A stretch of DNA of 64,000 bases from Anthoceros angustus (taxonomy: Eukaryota > Plantae > Anthocerotophyta). The stretch is from positions 496,001 to 560,000 of the forward strand of contig MU008177.1 of NCBI GenBank assembly GCA_010909165.1, given 5' to 3'. Position 1 is the stretch's first letter. Each line of letters begins with the position of its first letter. Below are positions 60,681 to 64,000 of the stretch, in pieces. Below the pieces are notes generated by a model, which was given only the letters and a program-made list of their open reading frames with translations, made no database searches and was not told the origin of the DNA. A program made the position numbers and the translations under genes.

Positions 60681-62995
60681 TGTGGAAGACCACATGTACA
60701 CTAACCCTCCCTCGACTTGGTTTGAATGTTTTTTTTGTTTTTCTTATGTTTTGTGTGATGGAGTGCTTAGGAAATGTCCGAGGCAAGGCCTTTTATACTA
60801 AAATGGTCCTTGGCCCATGACAATATTACTTTTACAAATAATTAGTCCTTGGGCCTCGAACTGTGAATATCAAAGCTAGAAGGTCCTTGGACCTTGGGAT
60901 TTTAGGAATAAAAATTGTCTATATAAGGTGGGGATCCTTCATTCAAAGAACAGGGCCTGTGAACAAGTGGAGACGCTGCACCTCCGGAGAAGTTCGAAGC
61001 TAGCGGAGAGGTATAAGCGGAGAGAGGTGAGGCTAGGGCTGTGGTCAAGAGAGAGGCAAATCAAGAAGGGAGAAAGTTCCTCAGAGAGGAAGGAAGAAGA
61101 AGGACCCAAGGTGGGGAAGCCACCACGGTGGTGGAGCCACCACCGTCATGAAGCAGCCACCACGGTGGTGGAGCCGCCATCGCGAAGAAGGACCCAAGGT
61201 GGGGAAGCCACCGCCGAGCGTCAGGAGGGGATGCAACCCCTCGATTCCGTGAAGCAACCACTGGATTGTCCACGGAGCCGGCATACCCTTCACTGTGTTG
61301 TGCTCGAGGAAATGAGCAAGGCGGAGGCTAGAGCATGGATGGAGGAACGCAGCTTGGCGCCCGGATGAGGAGCGAGGAAACGTGCGCAGGGGCAGTAGAC
61401 GGACGGCGCCTCCTAGGAGGAGTGAAGGGACCCTGATAGCGGGAGTGAGGTGGAGATATTAAGGGAGGATCTTTCGGATCGAGGCGTGGTAGGAGAGCGA
61501 GGGAACACCCATGGGCCGCAGGCGGCCCACGAGGCGGGGCTGATTTTAGAGGGAGCGCATCATAGGTCGAGGCTTTCACTTGGATTAGAGGATAAGGTGC
61601 TAGGAAGGAACTATAGATACCGAATTGGTAGGCGCCATGGTAGGTTAGCCATCTTTAGACACCGGAGGTAGGTTAGCCATCTTTAGACACCGGAGGTAGG
61701 TTAGCCATCTTAGACACCGGAAAGTGAGCTATGGCGCCGCGGATGTATAAGAGACCCTTGAGTGTCTCTCTTAATGCATACCCTGTGAGCTCCGTGTCGA
61801 ATTTGTGCGCGTGGTTGGTTGGAGACATCCAATCGATGATGGGGCGATTCGCAGGTCCTCTCGCACAAGAGGGCCGGGAGATCCTGGATGGTCGAGAGCC
61901 GAGTGACCAAGCTCCGTCCGGGGTGACTAGTGGTGAAGGGTGCTCAATGCATGCCAGGAGAGGGAAATTCCCGCAGGGGACCGGGTGAGATCGCGGGTGT
62001 GCGAATCGCCTGTGGAGCCGACCAGCTTTTTTTTCCTTTCCCAACCCGCTGTCTAACCAGATTGTGTCTAATCCCAAGGAGGGGTCTGTGGCCCTGGAGG
62101 GGTCTGTGTGGCCCGAGGAGGGGTCTGTGTGGCCCAAGGAGGGGTCTGTGTGGCCCAAGGGGGGGGGTCTCGGGAGGGTGTGTGGCCCAAGGAGGGGTCT
62201 GTGTGGCCCAAGAGAGGTCTGTGGCCCAAGAGAGGAGGATCTGTGGGAACATCTTGTGCGCGGTGGTGGAGGTCTTAGAAGAAAGGGGTGAGTGAGTCGC
62301 CAGTGAAGAGGAGTCTAGGAAGTGGTGAGCGAGAGTCCGGAAACGCGAACGCCGAGGAAGGTTGGGAATAAATTGTGGGGTCGAGGAAATCGCGACGAGT
62401 GAGGTGCCGCGCGCATGCGTGGTGTGCATCCACCGGTGAGCTCGGGTGTGAATCCACATGAGTGTGACTTGGTGTACATGTGAACCGCGGTGCATAGGAC
62501 CATAGCCCTTAACGAGCGTGAAAGGGGAACCGCCAAATAGTCGATCGCGACGCGCAAGCGCCGGGCGTGGGTGGGTTCCACCACGGTGGTCGAACTTACC
62601 ACGGTGGTGGAATCCACCACCGGTGAGCTCGGGTGTGAATCTACATGAGTGTGACTTGGTGTACATGTGAATCGGTGCATAGGACCATAGCCCTTAGAGG
62701 CGTAGCGGGGCAGGCGCCAAATAGTCGATCGCGGCAGCGGCGTCGGTCGGGTGGGTCCACCACGGGGTTGGATCACCGCGGTGGCGAACCCACCACGGTG
62801 GTGGAATCCACCACGGTGGTCGAACCTACACGGTAGTTGATTATGGCCGGGTAGGAACCGATTGTAGGAGGACTAGAATCCATAGTTTTAGAACATCTTG
62901 ACACAAAACCATTCCTTGGGATCGAATCCTAGGACCATAACGACATAGAGGGTAAATGTGGCCTCTTTGCGCCTTGGATGCAAAAACCCATTCCA
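60681..62995 (+). repeat. Gag-only element LTR 5 (terminal)
   Basis: TGTGGAAG start; ends CCATTCCA with no PBS after it and ORF A sequence resuming. Confidence 0.85.
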
Positions 62996-62996
62996 T

Positions 62997-64000
62997 GCCA
63001 GCCCCTAGGGGAGGCAGCCTACCCTAGTGGGTAGGCACTACCGCAGGCGCTTAGCCTACCACGGTAGGTAGGCAGACTACCGCTGGGGATCACCACCGCT
63101 GAAGGGGCTAGGGAACTAGTAGCCTCCTTGTGGGCATGTCGAGGAAGTCAAGGCCTAAGAGAGGAAGGGAAGGAGAAGCAGCGCGAGGCGCCGCGGGCGG
63201 CGCCCAGGCCGCCATCACCCGCGCTGGGTGGGAGAGCGGATGGGGCGACGGTGAGAGGACCCACGCCGTCGCGCGATGGTCCGAGGAGCGAGGGAGCTGG
63301 AAATTTCCAGCAAGAGGCCAGCGGGGGCGGAATTCGGGCCCCTAGGAGATTTGCTGAGTGCTTGTGAAGCACTCAGCCGCGTGGACTTGAAGGGGGCTAG
63401 GGAACTAGTAGCCTCCTTGTGGGCATGTCAGGAGGAAGTCAAGGCCTAAGAGATGACCGAGAGAAGAGCAGGGACCAAATGGCAATTGGAGGCCATGGAG
63501 TCCGATGAGAAGGCAGCCAAGTTGGAGAAGGCTGTAGAGAAACTCCAGCGCGATCTTGTGGATCAGCGACGCGCGGAGAAGATCCTGGAGGGGAAGTTGT
63601 CCCAAACGGAGGAAAGAGCAGTCCGGGCAACCACCCAAAGGGATTCATGGAGGCAAAAGGCGGAAGAGCACTTTGCCCACCTAGAGCAGGAGAGGAAGAG
63701 CAAGGCCGAGGCTCTAGGGAGAGAAAAGCGGTCCAGCAAGTGGATGCGCAGGAGCAGGTGATGGCTACCAAGCCATCAAAATCCGGGACATGGAGGAAGA
63801 GTTGAGATTTTGGACCCGGTACAATTTGGAGGAGAAACGCGCGGAGTTGAGACACAAGACCAGCAATTGCAGGAGCTGGAGCGCGAGAGGAGTGCTTGGC
63901 AAGTGGAGAGGGAAGGGCTTGCCCAGCAATTAAGGGACTTGGAAGGGAAGAGGTCCCATGATGAGGAATACCACAAGAAGGTGGTACACCGGATGCTGGT
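62997..64000 (+). pseudogene. ORF A homologue, C-terminal coiled-coil half (runs off the window)
   Basis: WQLEAMESDEKAAKLEKAVEKLQRDL..AEEHFAHLEQER..EEYHKKVVHRM, homologous to the reverse complement of ~15230-16250. Confidence 0.8.

Larger units (their letters stand above)
38902..62995 (+). mobile_element. Tandem array of a gag-only non-autonomous LTR retrotransposon (TR-GAG-like) with shared LTRs
   Basis: Five full LTRs and two partial LTR starts alternate with ~1.6 kb internal regions. TGTGGAA/TTCCACA termini, PBS after and PPT before the LTRs. No protease, RT, RNase H or integrase motif seen. Confidence 0.88.

Overview
This is eukaryotic, very probably land-plant, nuclear DNA made almost entirely of nested LTR retrotransposons, with one host gene family. 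(1) 1-~20395 (-): an autonomous non-chromovirus Ty3/gypsy element (Athila-like RT, RNase H and PBS). Its gag-pol is broken by indels and tandem duplications. Upstream of the PBS lies a very long terminal region containing a ~2.1 kb accessory ORF ('ORF A'). (2) ~21455-24715 and 28149-29205 (+): two decayed Ty1/copia pol regions, with a 3x800 bp tandem repeat and an unassigned block between them. (3) 29640-36720: a ~2.47 kb tandem unit carrying two full-length but frameshifted papain-family (C1A) cysteine protease genes (-). (4) 36721-64000 (+): a diverged second copy of the ORF A-bearing terminal region, split by a 24.1 kb tandem array of a gag-only element (LTR-gag-LTR-gag-...-LTR) with TGTGGAA...TTCCACA termini, a PBS, a PPT and no pol. 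The best candidate for something undescribed is a helper/parasite pair. The autonomous element appears to carry a conserved protein-coding ORF inside a ~5 kb LTR. A gag-only element with the same PBS has inserted into that ORF and sits there as a shared-LTR array. Caveat: copies differ mainly by 1-3 nt indels and microhomology-bounded duplications. Copy numbers and frameshifts may therefore be partly long-read assembly artefacts, and most CDS calls are reconstructions across frameshifts.
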